A stretch of 64,000 nt of DNA from Takakia lepidozioides (taxonomy: Eukaryota > Plantae > Bryophyta). The stretch is taken from contig CM060733.1 in NCBI GenBank assembly GCA_030704615.1, positions 2,852,001 through 2,916,000 on the forward strand. The letters run 5' to 3'. Under the pieces are notes generated by a model. It did not search any database, was not told the DNA's origin, and saw only the letters and a program-made list of their open reading frames with translations. Shown here one piece after another: positions 22,981-35,583 of the stretch (its first letter is position 1; the number at the start of each line of letters is the position of its first letter). A program made the translations under genes and the position numbers.

Positions 22981-25900
22981 CTAATTGTCAGTAGAGTCCA
23001 GCTCCGCAATCGCGTGCATTATCCCCTCTTCTGCATATGGTGGCAATTTATACACTGGCTTGTTCCCTGACACCCTGTGGTCAGCAGGTAGCATCGGGAA
23101 CTTTATGGCACGCACATGCTCAGGGTGCCAAAAGCTCGCATCTGCATTTTTGCGTAGCACATAGGTGTCGTCGTCTGCCCCCCACTTCTGATAGCGTTTA
23201 CCAGCCACAGCCATGTCACCTTGGCCAAATGAAGTGCGCCATGCATCAGTGAAGCGCTTCTTCACGTCATGAAGAGGCCGAGAACAACAGAGGATGTAAA
23301 ATTCCACATTTTCCTCGTCGTCGTCCGTTGCCTTCACCGCAAAATTGTCCCCAATCTGTAGGACGGAGGCAAGCAAATCTCCATCATGTCCAAAGTGGTC
23401 CCACCCCTCGTCTGCCCCCTCCACCATGGCTTGCCTTACATCTCTGGTGTTCTTGGGGGTCAGGATCTCCAACTCCCACTGTCCACACCATTCAACATTC
23501 TCACAAGCACTCCATTGTGAGTCAACACAAAAGCAACAAAACAAGCCAAATCCTTCCTCATCAGTTTGTTTGTATCACCACTAGGGACTGATCTCACCGA
23601 ATGCACTTTTCGGGTTCCCTTTATAGGGTCACAATCATGTCGTGAACGTTGGTTGATGTCAAATTTCTTCACATTCCAAAAAAACACGTTTTACATCCCG
23701 TCTTTGCCCAGTGTATGAAGTTTCAGGTCTTGATGACAACCGCTCTCTCAAGAAATTCACCACGTCCTCGGCATTGGCCCTTGCCGTGCCCTGTACCAAA
23801 AAAGCTCCAAAGCAAGGCACAACCACCGGTGACATGAGGGTACCGACTCACAAAGTACCATGGGACTTTGCTTTTAAATTGGGAAGCACAACCGTCGCTC
23901 CATATCCAATGCTCTCCTGGCCGAAGGAACATAGTGGATACATGTTTCCAATGCTGTACGAAGTAATTGTCGTGGGTTTTGTCGTCCGAAATAAAAAAAT
24001 GGTACTCCATCAAGCTATCACTTCGAGGGTCATTAGGATCAGGCTCAGGGTTTCGACGCCAAGTTATTAAAACCATGATGGTAATCTGGTAGGAATGCCA
24101 GTGCATTGATTGCACTTCATTCTGAATCTCAAAAGTATAGTTCTCTGCAAAATCAACCACTGAAACCAGAATATCAGATGGGAAATACATCAAGCATTGT
24201 CGAAATTGCTTGTCCTCCCACCTTGCCACGAAATTGTGGCGAATGAATTATTGCAGTTTAGGCTTCAAATATGATACGAGCTCGTGAGGTGGAGAGCGTT
24301 CGTGGACGAGAGAGTCTTTTTTTCTCCTCTCCTTCCTTTGTCAATACTATTTGTTTCGCAAAGTGCTTCCAATCTACCATGTGCTCCGACGAGACATCCT
24401 CATCCTCCTCATAAGGACAAAGAGCTAGATTGTCAACACCACAGTTTGCGCACTCTCCATACATGCGCTCGATTTTGTGCCAATCACTATACTGGTTTTG
24501 GGGGCATACCACTTACTCCCACATGTGGGACACCTTGTCAAAGGTGTTTACAGCAGCTTGGCAACCAAGCTGATCATCTGATTGACACACGGATTCACAT
24601 TGACATGGGCAAGAAGAGTGGATGCCCGATTTTGCTCTCATGTTGTTGAAGCCCAATCGGAGCTCCTCCATTTCGACGTGGTAAATACAACAACAGACAT
24701 TCCTCTCTGTCATCCTCTTCACAAAGAACGGTTTAAGAGAATCGAACTTGCGGCTCCCAATTATGATATTGGGGTGGGCTCTTTGAAATCGTAGAAAGAA
24801 GTCCATCTACACACGCAACAAACTTGTTAGTCCATAAATGTCTACTGTACATTATCCATGGAAGCCCATAGAGAGTCCACAAATAAACTAATGGACTCCA
24901 AAGCAACTCCGTAAACCCTAAACCCCACATTCAATCCAGTGCAGTCCACATACATTCCAGACTTGTCCATGTCATTGCAAACAAAGGTACAACAGTGGAC
25001 TGGAATTCCACAAGTCCACATACATTCCAGACTTGTCCATGTCATTGCAACAAAGGTACAAACAGTGGACTGGAATTCCACAAGCCCACATACAATCCAG
25101 TGGAGTCCACATACATTCCACACCTATCCATGTAATTGAAAAAATAGGTATACTTGTGGACTGCAAGTCCACAAGCCCACATACAATCCACATTTCTCCA
25201 TACACAATCCACGTGTCTCCATAAACTGGAACCAACAGTGGAACTGTGGACTGCTACTACCAAATTTTCCACATTTCTGCTATACCATGACTATGGAGAT
25301 GGACGCTTCTCCAAGCAACCTTATGCATTCCATACAGACATACCTAATTCGGAAGAACTCCACTAAGTCCAATTCAGTTTAGATAAGTGGTCTACACTGC
25401 AGGACAACAAGGCCATACCCTAATTTCCACAACTTGCTATCCTAAGGCCTACATGTCAGGAAGACACTCATTCTTCCATAGCAACTACTCATGGACTTAA
25501 AACTAGTGAATGGACTACAAGAGTTGAATGTACCTGTGGCTCCATCAAGTAATGGGTGGGCTTCACATCGTAATCAAACGCAGCCAGCCGCTTCCGTGTT
25601 ACATCTTTGGAATTCGGGCTGAAGCGTGTTTGCGTAATCCACCAAGAGGTCACGACATCCCTTGTTGTAGCTGAAATGATATCGTTTCTATGCTTCCTTT
25701 TTGACACACTCCACAGGAATCCTCCAGCAGAGTCAACCATGCTTGTGCGGCGAGCAACCGCTTAGCTGACGTTGCGGTGATGAATACCCAACATGCTGGC
25801 CGTGGATCTATACGATACATTGACGCCCTTGCTAACTGCAGCTGTTAATAGGGCATGCTTGCTAGCAAGCTTACCAGCAGAGTTAGAAGTTTTAGTCTCA

Positions 25901-26290
25901 GCCAACGATTCCATCAAACCATCTATAATGGTTTGTTGAGTAAAAACAGTCTTTGGATCTTGCAAACCAACTGGCAGCACATGGATGAGGTCAGAATGCG
26001 ACAAAACCTTCCCCATAATGTGTCTCTTGCTTGCGGGTCCCGGAAATACATTTAAAGTGGTAGTAATGTGTCCCACAATCGTCTTGCAGGCTCTTCGAAT
26101 TTCCCGATCCCTTACAACCTCGTCCTTCTCCTCCTGCCTGGAAACAACATCAGGTTGTAGGACACCATCAGGTTGCTTGTTGCGTTCTCGAAAACGACGA
26201 ACGCGTGCAAGAACCAGCGCCCTTTCTCTCTGAGCCCTCTCCGTCTCTCTCTGTGCGTTCAATTCCCTCTCTTTGCGCGTGGCTTTGGCC
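22981..26290 (-). pseudogene. Sola2-type DDD/E transposase, decayed, with intron 24807-25533
   Basis: CCCIYH and CANCG Cys motifs, then VVDFAENY, EVQSMHW, SDDKTHD, WSDGCASQFKS and FFGTGHGKG. Frameshifts and a deletion follow HGKG. Confidence 0.8.
24842..25260. repeat. GTCCAC/TGGAC-rich tandem repeats in the transposase intron
   Basis: Repeated gtccacatacattccagacttgtccatgtcattgc...gtggactggaattccacaag units. Confidence 0.85.
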
Positions 26291-27516
26291 CGCGCACGTA
26301 TGCGTTGTCATGCTCGTTGTGATGCTGCAGTCGTCACGGCCAGGTCTCAACGCTCAAAGCCTGCACATAGCGACGAACACACATTAGGTTTAAAACAGAT
26401 CCTGTACTACTTGATAATCAAATGTAGCAAAATTGCAGAAACCTACATGACTAATATCTCCCTGAGTGACTCCCTGAGTGGCACCTACTTTCACGATGCA
26501 AAGGAACATGCTTGCAAGTTCGTAATGCCTGTGACAGCCATCCCTGGAGATTATCTTGTGAACGTGAAAGAAAATGACAATGCATAGGCCCATCGGCCAG
26601 AATCCACCAGCCACCAACGTGCATGTAAGTTTTAGGGCAGCATTCAGAGGTTCCACAAACATTCAAACTCAATATTTCCAATTCCAGATCATCGCAGCTT
26701 AGGTATTCATCATCCGAATCATATATCAACATTGTAATGAACCTGCACACAACTCGCTTCGACACACCTCACCGAAGTGTAGAAGCAAGGCCACAATGCA
26801 GGGGAATGAAACAGATTCCAACAATGCGAGCAACTCGCATTACATGAAAGAGGACGAAACACGAAACACAGCAAGTGTGCGAGCAAATCGCGATACGCGC
26901 CCTTTCACGACCGTTTTGAAACTCCCCGGTCACGAAACAGTTTTTACGAATTTTTTAATCCCTAAACCGACACGTCATTGCATCCGTGGCACCTGACCGT
27001 GCATATGAAATCCGTTATTTCAACGGAATTTTCCATATGACACCTGGCGCACCTTCCCCACGTCATCCTACACCTCTTTAGAAAAGGGTAAAACCCCAAA
27101 ATCCCCTTATTTTGAAAAAATATGGACAAATGAAAATTGAGCTACTTTTTACCTATAAATTAGTCCATAGCTCTTTATCTTTTATGTTTTTTTCCCATAT
27201 GAAAGTGGATTTGGGGAGTATTCAAAAAGTGCACCTCTAAACTGTTTTCCATTGTGCCTTTTCACAAGTGTACATTATGTTTATTTAGTCCATAAGTTTG
27301 TATGCTGTAATAGTTACAGTCCACAGTTACAACTTTGAAAGTCCATAGCTCTTCACTACAAAAACTTTTTGGGAATCCAATAATTGGTATATCTTCCAAT
27401 TGTAGATCATTAAGAACCTTACAACATAGAAATTGCAATGAAATTTTTAAATTGTCGATCCACTATAGGTGACACTATCAAGGGGGGTCACTGCAAAAAC
27501 TGCACAGTTACGCATT

Positions 27517-27544
27517 TTTGGTCCAACCTAGCCTGCAAACACCC
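27517..27544 (-). repeat. Right TIR
   Basis: Reverse complement is GGGTGTTTGCAGGCTAGGTTGGACCAAA. Followed by ATGG. Confidence 0.9.
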
Positions 27545-28475
27545 ATGGTCCTTATCTCATTCATGCCATCTTACCTGGCAGGTAGTATCGACTACTTCCT
27601 CAGCATCCTTTGACTGTAGAAATCAATGGCACCGTTCATGTGTTCATGTCTCTCAGCTGGTGCCTTCTAAGCTTCAGTTTGATCTGACTTGCCTTAATGT
27701 CGAGAACCGGCATGTGGTTTTGACTCCGATGAAACGAGCTCGCCTGGAGGCTGCTTCTACTTCTGCAGACTAGTTCTTGTAGTGATGTAGTGACATTTTG
27801 ATTGGATTGGTCTTTGCCTTTGACATTGGCTCACTACTTAGTTTTTCTTCCTTGGATTTACACACCAAGGGATGGGGTTTTTCCCCTGAGGAGTTTTGTC
27901 CTTTGCTCACACTTGCAGAGCAAGGTTTTCTCTTCAGAGGTTTTTCATCCCATCCCTGTAAATTCTTGGACCTTTGTTATGCTCACTATGGGCTTTGTGC
28001 TTGCTTCAGCTCACTGGAGCTCGCTCTTATGTGTGCCGGGAGGCTTTACATATGTGATGGCCAGATTCTGTCTTCCTACATAATCTCCTTAGGATGAATG
28101 TAATCGGATGATATCAATGGATGGATGGCTGTTAGGAAAGCAAGGATGAAGACAGCTGGCAGATCTGTTATTAGACTAAGCTGTCTTATACTAAACAGCT
28201 AGCTTACCCTAAAGCAGTAACGACGTGGCGTCCTATCTGGTTGAGTACCTGGACATAATCCGCTTGGCCAATTACAAGTGGCCACTCTGTCTGATAAGAT
28301 TAGCCTCAGATTGGCTTTATTTAAGGGATCTCCTGGAAGCCTAAGGGACCGGTGTACTTTCAGTGTGTTTAACTTGTGTACGAAGGTGTGACGGCGCTGG
28401 ATGAATGTGGTGTGATATCTTGGCTCCTCATCGTGTAGATCCTTCCTTCCTCAGGCACGCTTTGCCAAGCTAACA
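27545..28475 (+). mobile_element. Gypsy element 3' part: integrase GPY/F tail, 3' region and putative LTR
   Basis: GPYLIHAILPGR*YRLL...VHVSQLVP continues the integrase from 5771. No chromodomain seen. Confidence 0.8.
28130..28475. repeat. Putative LTR (TGTTAG...CTAACA)
   Basis: 6-bp inverted termini, CCAAT at ~28268 and TATTTAA at ~28318. No partner LTR in the window and orientation is uncertain. Confidence 0.45.
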
Positions 28476-28858
28476 TCCCCTTTCACTAGCACTTACCGCA
28501 GAGGAGTGGAATAATCCCGGTGGTGCAGAATCTTGGCTTTACAGCTCCCTCCAGAAGAAAAAAATAGAGAAAGGATCTGACTTGCCACGTGGTATTTCCA
28601 GCAACACTGTAATCTTCAACGTGTTGACCCACAACGACAACAAATGGACAGAACGCATTGAGCAATCTTGGTCGGCAGGGTGGCAACATTCAAGTCTGTC
28701 TCTCTTTTGTAGCTCATTGCTTCCCTCTTTGCACAATTGTCCTCTGCTCTCTGCCTTCCCATAGCTGAAAAGATGAGTGCAGTTGTGTGACGCCACTGAT
28801 TTTTCTTACTGTACGATCTTGGCTGATTTCAATCCAACAGAACGCACTCAGTTCAGAA

Positions 28859-31800
28859 ATGCAACCAATGAGTGCAGAGTGTGAGGAAGGCAATGGCGGG
28901 GATAAAAAAAGAGAAGCTTTGGATTTCAAAGATGTTACTGCTTTCTTCGTTGAATCTGGTATACAACCCCGACGCATCAAGGTAACCTCCTCTTGAGCTC
29001 GGCGTGCATAATTTAGCTAAACTGAAGGCAGAGTTGGATAGTTAATCTTGGTCGTGCTGAATCTAACTTAGTGACTACCTCGATGACACCTTCCAAAACT
29101 ATGTAGCTGAGTCTATCCTCTCATGATCTTCGTGAGACGCCGAAATGAGCTGAGATGTTTTTCTTTTCTGCAAGCCTTGTTACAAGTCTTACAATAGGAT
29201 GGTGTAATCATGACCCTCATCGTGTTTGCGTATCTGACCTTCGGCCCCTGAACCAGGTACTAGGAATTTGGAGAAATTTAGTGTTGTGATGCGCTCAGGA
29301 GCATTAAACCCTAAACCCTAACCACTGAGCTTGGGGTGGAGTCTACCATCTCTGTGCCTTGTCATTCCAGTTTAACCTTTGGTTCATGGATCCAGTTGTT
29401 ACAGATGTAGGGCTAAAAAAACACCAGCCACAGACTCAATTGATTCATTGCTCCCCCATCCATCTTCAGGACACAGTACTCAGCTTTGAATTAGTTGCAG
29501 TCCGAGATTTCAGCATCACTATGGCAGGCTGGTTTGCTTGCACAGGTTTGGAAGCAAAAAATATGGCAATTTGGGGGCATCGTGGAGGACCATCGATCAA
29601 AGCAGATCAGCCATATCTTCGCAGCAAGTTTTGAGACACTGATTGACAAAATTGGTCGGGAAAGAATGAAGAAACTTGATGTGGTAACGCGGATCCCGGG
29701 TCTCTTTTATTGGGTCACACTAACTTTGTCAGGAGCAAAGGATGATGCCTGGAACCCTTCTCAAAGTAAATCTTGGTTTTAATGAGACAGCAAGACAATA
29801 GTCTTACAATCTTGTCCAATAGTTTAGTGCATGCTTGTTACTCAATAGCCTACATAGGTGCATTGATTCACAAATAGAGTAAGGGTCTTTTAGATGAAGT
29901 GTATTCTGGATACAGGTGGCACTTAGGTATGAGTGGATTGAAGATTGTTTGAAGGCTGGGTCTAGACTTTCCACAGAGGCCTACCTTCTCACAATCCCCT
30001 CAAGGATCCAAGCTGAATCAAGCCCCACGTCAGACACACATGAAGGCAATTCAATCCAGTACTTGAGTTCTTTTCCAGAAAGTGAAGGAATCCTTTCTGG
30101 CAAGGGAGAAGGGGGAGATGGGATGCAGTTGCACAAGGATTTCAAAACTCCAAAACGTCAAAAAGAAGACGACTGGATGAGGATTATTAAAGAGGAGGCC
30201 AGACTCGGGATGGTGCGACAGCAAGCTGATATTGCTCCAGGGTTGCAAACATCCAGCTGGGAGAACAAAGGTGGTACTCTAGCAAACTAAGAAACTCCGT
30301 ATCTGCATTGCAAATTCACAGCGAAGGTCAGTCTCTTAGGTCCCAAGCTGTCCAGAAAGGTATCACTTGTATGCAATGTGCTGGTTTTTTTAGGGTACCC
30401 ACGGATCGCAGGACAAGGTCTTATGAAGGCCATCTTTGTTGTAGGAAGCAAGGATGTGGGGAAGGTGGACTCACTTACTGACAGCAGTACTAGAAGCGCA
30501 GGTTGCAAGGTTTCAACTCCTGAAATATCAAGTAGTGCTTTGTTTGAGGATGCCTCCAAACACCCCCATCTTTTGCAGGATGAGGTAAGAGATTTTGATT
30601 CTTGTCCACTACCCTTCCCCCAGTTTGATTTCTGAGGAAGCTCCCCAACTGTACAAGGAGTAAGCATCTCTTGTGGAGAGGACAAAGTGAACATTGTTGG
30701 TTGAAAGCTGAAATTGATCTTCATGAACATTATTAGGGAGATGGCATCATTGAGTAGCATATTTGCTGGGCTTTGGCACCCCAGAAAGTCTGTTATATCA
30801 GCTACAAAGCAACATGTTACCTGGAAAGAACATGACAGGTGGTTGTAAATTTTTTTAGAGACTCACTTCTCAGCGGGCGTTAGTGTATGCACCACCAAAC
30901 TTGAACGGCAACATAACTGGTCCCTTTTTGGAAATGAAAGACATCTACAAAGATGGTGAGATTATCCTCTCTTTTCCGTATTCATGTTCACCCCATTCTA
31001 AGTTTGTTGTACTCTCTCTAGAAAGGCTCATGCTAATGAGATTTATGGGGTGATGTGAAACAGCTCTTGGTGATAATAGAAGATCTTTTAGTTACTACAA
31101 GGCACTGTCTGTTTTGGAGAAACTTCCATTTAAAATCACCAGTATCGATCAAATCAAAGGGTTGCCAACACTTGGGAAGTCATTGCTGGAGAATGTAAGA
31201 GGCCCTCTCCTCCAATCTCTTGCTCGCTTACAATTCTACTTTTTCCATATGCCCTCAGAGCTTTTCTTCTCTCTGCCCCTTTCAAGCATCATGCGTCTTT
31301 TGCACAAGCAGATGGTTGTTCCCTTCTCTGATTCCTGGAAACTGGGCTTTCAAGATATCTATTGACAACCTTTTTCTCAGCTTCATTTGCTGACATGTAC
31401 TAAAGGAGTTACTCTATAAATTTGGCAGATCAATGAGATATTAACAACGGGCAAGATGACAAAGTTGGAACATTTCAAGACAGATGAGAGGGTTGGTGAC
31501 ATGACCTTCACACATGGTGGTAGCTTTTTGGTAGACTTCAGATTTGGTCTCAGTTTCCAACTCTCATTCTTAATGGCAGGTCTGCAGCTTTGATCTTATA
31601 TCTCATAAGACTTGGGAGAAAGTTAATACGAATGGTAATTTAGTTTCTTAGGGACAAGGAGCTCAATGATCAATAGTTGCTTTTGAATGTCAGGATGTTT
31701 GCTACAGCTGTGGCTTAAAAGACCTTGGGTGACTGGCAGATAAGAGTCATCAGCCTACTTTCCACGGTATGGGGCATTGGGCCGGTAATAGCACAGAGGC

Positions 31801-34800
31801 TGTATGAAAAGGGGCATCGATCATTGGAAGATCTGAAGACTGAAGAGTCACTCACCTCATCACAACGAATTGCGCTCAAGTTCCATGATGACATAAACAA
31901 AAAGATTCCAAGGCATGAGGTGAACTTGTTATGATGTGTGAGCCATATGCACATATATGTGTGTTGTGTAGGTGTGTCATGAATGTGCATGACACCTATA
32001 TATTCACTGTTTGACAGTCTGATGCATGTGCGCGTAAATATGCCAAACCTGTGAGAGTTTATCTTAAGGCATTTGCATTCTGGTCTGCTGAACACAGTTT
32101 GGATGGTCATTGTATCAGGTCAAAGTGATGGAAGCAATTGTTCAAAGGGCTGCAGAGAGTCTCCGGCCAAATGTAAACTCTCAAACTGTCACCCACACTC
32201 CCCACCACCACTTCCCTCTTGTCCTCTCTATCCCTTTCCCTCTAGGCTTCCCATGGATGCTATATATAGGTGTCTTTTTCTTTGTCCTGTTGGCCACTGG
32301 AACCCCGTGGACTTTGCAAGTTTGCTTTCTTCTCGTCCAAAGCATCAAGCCCGCAGTTTGTGCAGCCCTGCCTTTTAGAACACAATACTGTACATGGTAT
32401 AACTAACAGAACTGCCATCTTATGGCGCATCAATGTCCACACTGTACTCGTGTCTATTTTTTCTCTCCTCCTTCTGTTCCTACCGTTACATTTCTCTGTC
32501 CCACTCCTGTCTCTCTCGAATGGTGTGCAGATATCAGTGGTGTGTGGGGGCTCATATCGACGAGGTAAAGAGCTGGTGGGGGATATAGACATCATTATCA
32601 CTCATCCGGATGGCCATAGGTGCAATACCCGAGCCTCTTTGGTTGCATCGTGTTAACAACTGTGCTGTGAGTAGCTGGATTTTTTTTCTCACATCTAGTC
32701 TAGATTAGGTGCATCATCATTGTTTGCTTAAGCGTATTGCAACCATGTTTGGGAGGGGTTTTGAAATAAGCACCTTCCAGGTTATTGTGCTGTTAGTTTG
32801 AGGGTCTCATTTACAGCCGCGTTGATGTCATGTGGGGCCTGTCGGTGGTAAAAGGAGCCCCCCCATCTTGTTTCAAAGGAGACGCTCTCACCATCCCGCG
32901 TTGGAGAAAACGAGTCATCTCTTCAAATTCCTATAGAAACAGCTTATTGGGTACCAAGCACCCAACCACGGGATGTCCTACATCAGTAAACTTTTGTGGC
33001 TTAATGGCTTTACTTTGTGAGTCCTAAAGGTGATATAATTGCTGTAAACTTACCGAGGGTAGAAAGAAATCACCTCAAGCATTTGAATCTTTTCAGGGGT
33101 TAAGAGGGTCTAGAGGTTGATACTCCACTGCATTGCATTTATGGCCACTTTACCCAATCCAGGTGCTGGTAAAGAAGACATCAATCTTCAACTATCGATC
33201 CTGCTAATGTCTCCTGTCAAGTGGCACTTTCCAATGTTTACTGAAAGTTTGGTGGAGCCATCTTGTACCCCCATTTCCCCTTACTTGGATGCCTGTACAT
33301 ACTTTGGCAAGGCCATGACCTCTGACATATTTGGGCTTGCGATTGTCATTTGTGCAGTCAGGCAGGGTTGTTGAATGAGTTGCTACAGAAACTGAAAGGT
33401 GAAGGTTTTATCTGTGAGGACTTGCTTCATGGCCCAGAACACAGTACTCAGGTTCTGGCATTTTCTTTCCCATGCTAATTAAGTGTTCAACCGTTAAGGA
33501 GTTTGTGCTTATTAATTATGTGTTTTGGGAGCTTTTTGATGAACTCACTTTCAGTTGGAATAAAGGAGAAACAAAGTGTCTTTGTCTGTGAATGTCCCAA
33601 TTTCCTGTTTATGCGTCATTGAATTCATCCAATAGGGAGACCTATTTACTATACTGGTTGGTGTCGTGGAATCTCATCAATAAATTGTCTATATTCATGT
33701 GGTTCTTTCGGGGACAAGATGAGATAAATCTGGATCCAGAGAATTTGGCAATTATAGAAAGCAATGCAGAATTTTGGATCAGCTGTGAAATCTACTCATG
33801 AAATCTGTAATTTTGCAGAGTTTGGAGGGAGATTCTTATTTCTTGATTTTGTTTTGGAATCCCTCACAGTTTCTTGCTGGCCAAATTGCGTCAATCCCTC
33901 TCTTGCTCCAAAGCTTTGATTGTGTGCAGTCAGGTGCTTTGGGGGTGGACAGAGTCCACCTCGAAACACTGATACGCGTGAATTTTTGAAGTTATGTTTT
34001 GGTTGGCTTCGACCAGGGAACTGACTCGAGAGTGGACACATATTTTGGGCTTTGTAAATACCCAGGCCGTGAGCAACGCCACCGCATCGACTTGAAGGTA
34101 CGTGATCAACCATCATGAAAAGTACGGTAGAGCATAGCACTGTAATTCCACTTCAAGTCAGATGTACCCCCTTACCAAGAAAGGAAAGGGCAGATAAGGG
34201 TAACAGACGCTGATTCCAGCTCCTGGATTTCCTTCAGGAATCCTTCTCCATCTCTTAAAATTGATGTGCAAATTTGTCGCTGACTTATGACATAATAATG
34301 AGCCTTGCAGCTCAGTTAAGCTGAACAAGAACATTTTTAGTCAGTCTTTGAGATATTGAATGAATGCGTGTATTTTTTCTCACTCCAACACCTGGATGTT
34401 CTTGGTGGTTTATGTGATATAGGTATATCCTTTCGAGCACTATCCTTTTGGGCTCATTGCTTGGACCGGCAATGATGTATTAAATCGAAGGTATGAAGCC
34501 AAATCATGGACCTGCAATGCAATGCAATGTCCAGTACTCTGTTGTTGCTAGTTGTCTTGGAAGAGTTATGCAGCAATCATTAAGTCATCTCAGCAGGCCT
34601 GTTCATATGTCACATGCTTGCTTCCGACTGTTAAGAGGCCTGTGACCACTTGCTAGAGGGCTTCTTATTACCAAGAACTTGATTGACTTCAGTCCATGTA
34701 TTATTATGATAGTAGACAGTTTTCATTACTAGTTTATGGTCGGGTGGAGAGCAAGAATAGGGTGCACCACCCTGTCATGAGTGTTCAGTTCGAGTCAAAG

Positions 34801-35583
34801 TGCGGTTCCTATTTCTGTATTCCAAACTTGCTCAAGGAAACAGGATCAGGAGGCAACATGACTCGAGATTCATGAATACAATGACTTGATAATGGATGGC
34901 CTGCCTTGTTTTTTGTAGGTTCAATTTCAAAGTTAAGCTTCCATATAATTTGGATGGGTATTGCAGGTTGAGGCTGGTAGCGGAATCCAAAGGCTACAAG
35001 ATGGACGACGTTGGGCTGTACCCGATTACCCATGATGAACATGGGAACAAGGCAAGCTCACTTAAATGTTTATCTATTCCACCTCTTGTCCATTCAGGAA
35101 TTCAAATAACTTCACTATCAATCATTTTTTTCATTCCTCCCCTTTTCGCTTCCAGTGATCTGACAGATCTGGGGTGTGAACTCAATATCATTGGGCTGCA
35201 ACTGTTCTATCTGTAAAATACGACATTGATTGTTGCCTTAATACCCTTCTTACCACTTGATCTCATCTCCATGTTTCGAGTAAGAGCTAAGCTAAGTCTT
35301 GGAATGGGACAACATTGACAGTGAGAGAGCTATGGCAGTTCCATACTGAAATTTTCTTGAACAGTTTCGATCACAGTCCGTCAGAGTAGGACCAAAAGCT
35401 GATCACTTTGAAGTTCATTTTGGGACAGTTCTTTTGGGATTTGAAAATCTCATAACTTTTGTCTTACAACTTGGAGGTGTGCTACAGGTCAAATCGGATG
35501 TTGGGTTTCCTTGCAGAACAGAGAGGGAAGTGTTTGATAAACTCGGGGTTCCGTGGCTCGAACCACACGAGAGAAATTTGTGA
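28859..35583 (+). CDS. POLL: DNA polymerase lambda (family X, N-terminal BRCT), ~15 exons
   Basis: Exons include FFVESGIQPRRIK|VWKQK, YAPPNLN, RRSFSYYKA, VWGIGP, GGSYRRGK..GDIDIIITHPDG, HRIDLK, AWTGNDVLNRR and PWLEPHERNL*. The start codon is tentative. Confidence 0.95.

Larger units (their letters stand above)
5772..27544 (-). mobile_element. ~21.8-kb TIR DNA transposon with Sola2-type transposase and captured gene fragments
   Basis: 28-bp TIRs match at 25/28 and ATG(G) is duplicated on both sides. Removing the element rejoins the gypsy integrase KLRIDGPYLI. The transposase lies at the right end. Confidence 0.9.

Noticed and set aside
5772-27544. Classification as CACTA, MULE or Helitron
   Set aside because: Termini are GGG...CCC, not CACTA. 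There is no 9-bp TSD or long TIR, no Rep/helicase, and the transposase motifs are Sola2-like.
28476-28487. Minus-strand PPT implying a separate inverted LTR element
   Set aside because: No retroelement body lies to the right; Pol lambda begins there. LTR orientation is left unresolved.
29305-29321. Telomere-like (TAAACCC)2 in Pol lambda intron 1
   Set aside because: Only two units. At most a telo-box, which is common in plant genes.
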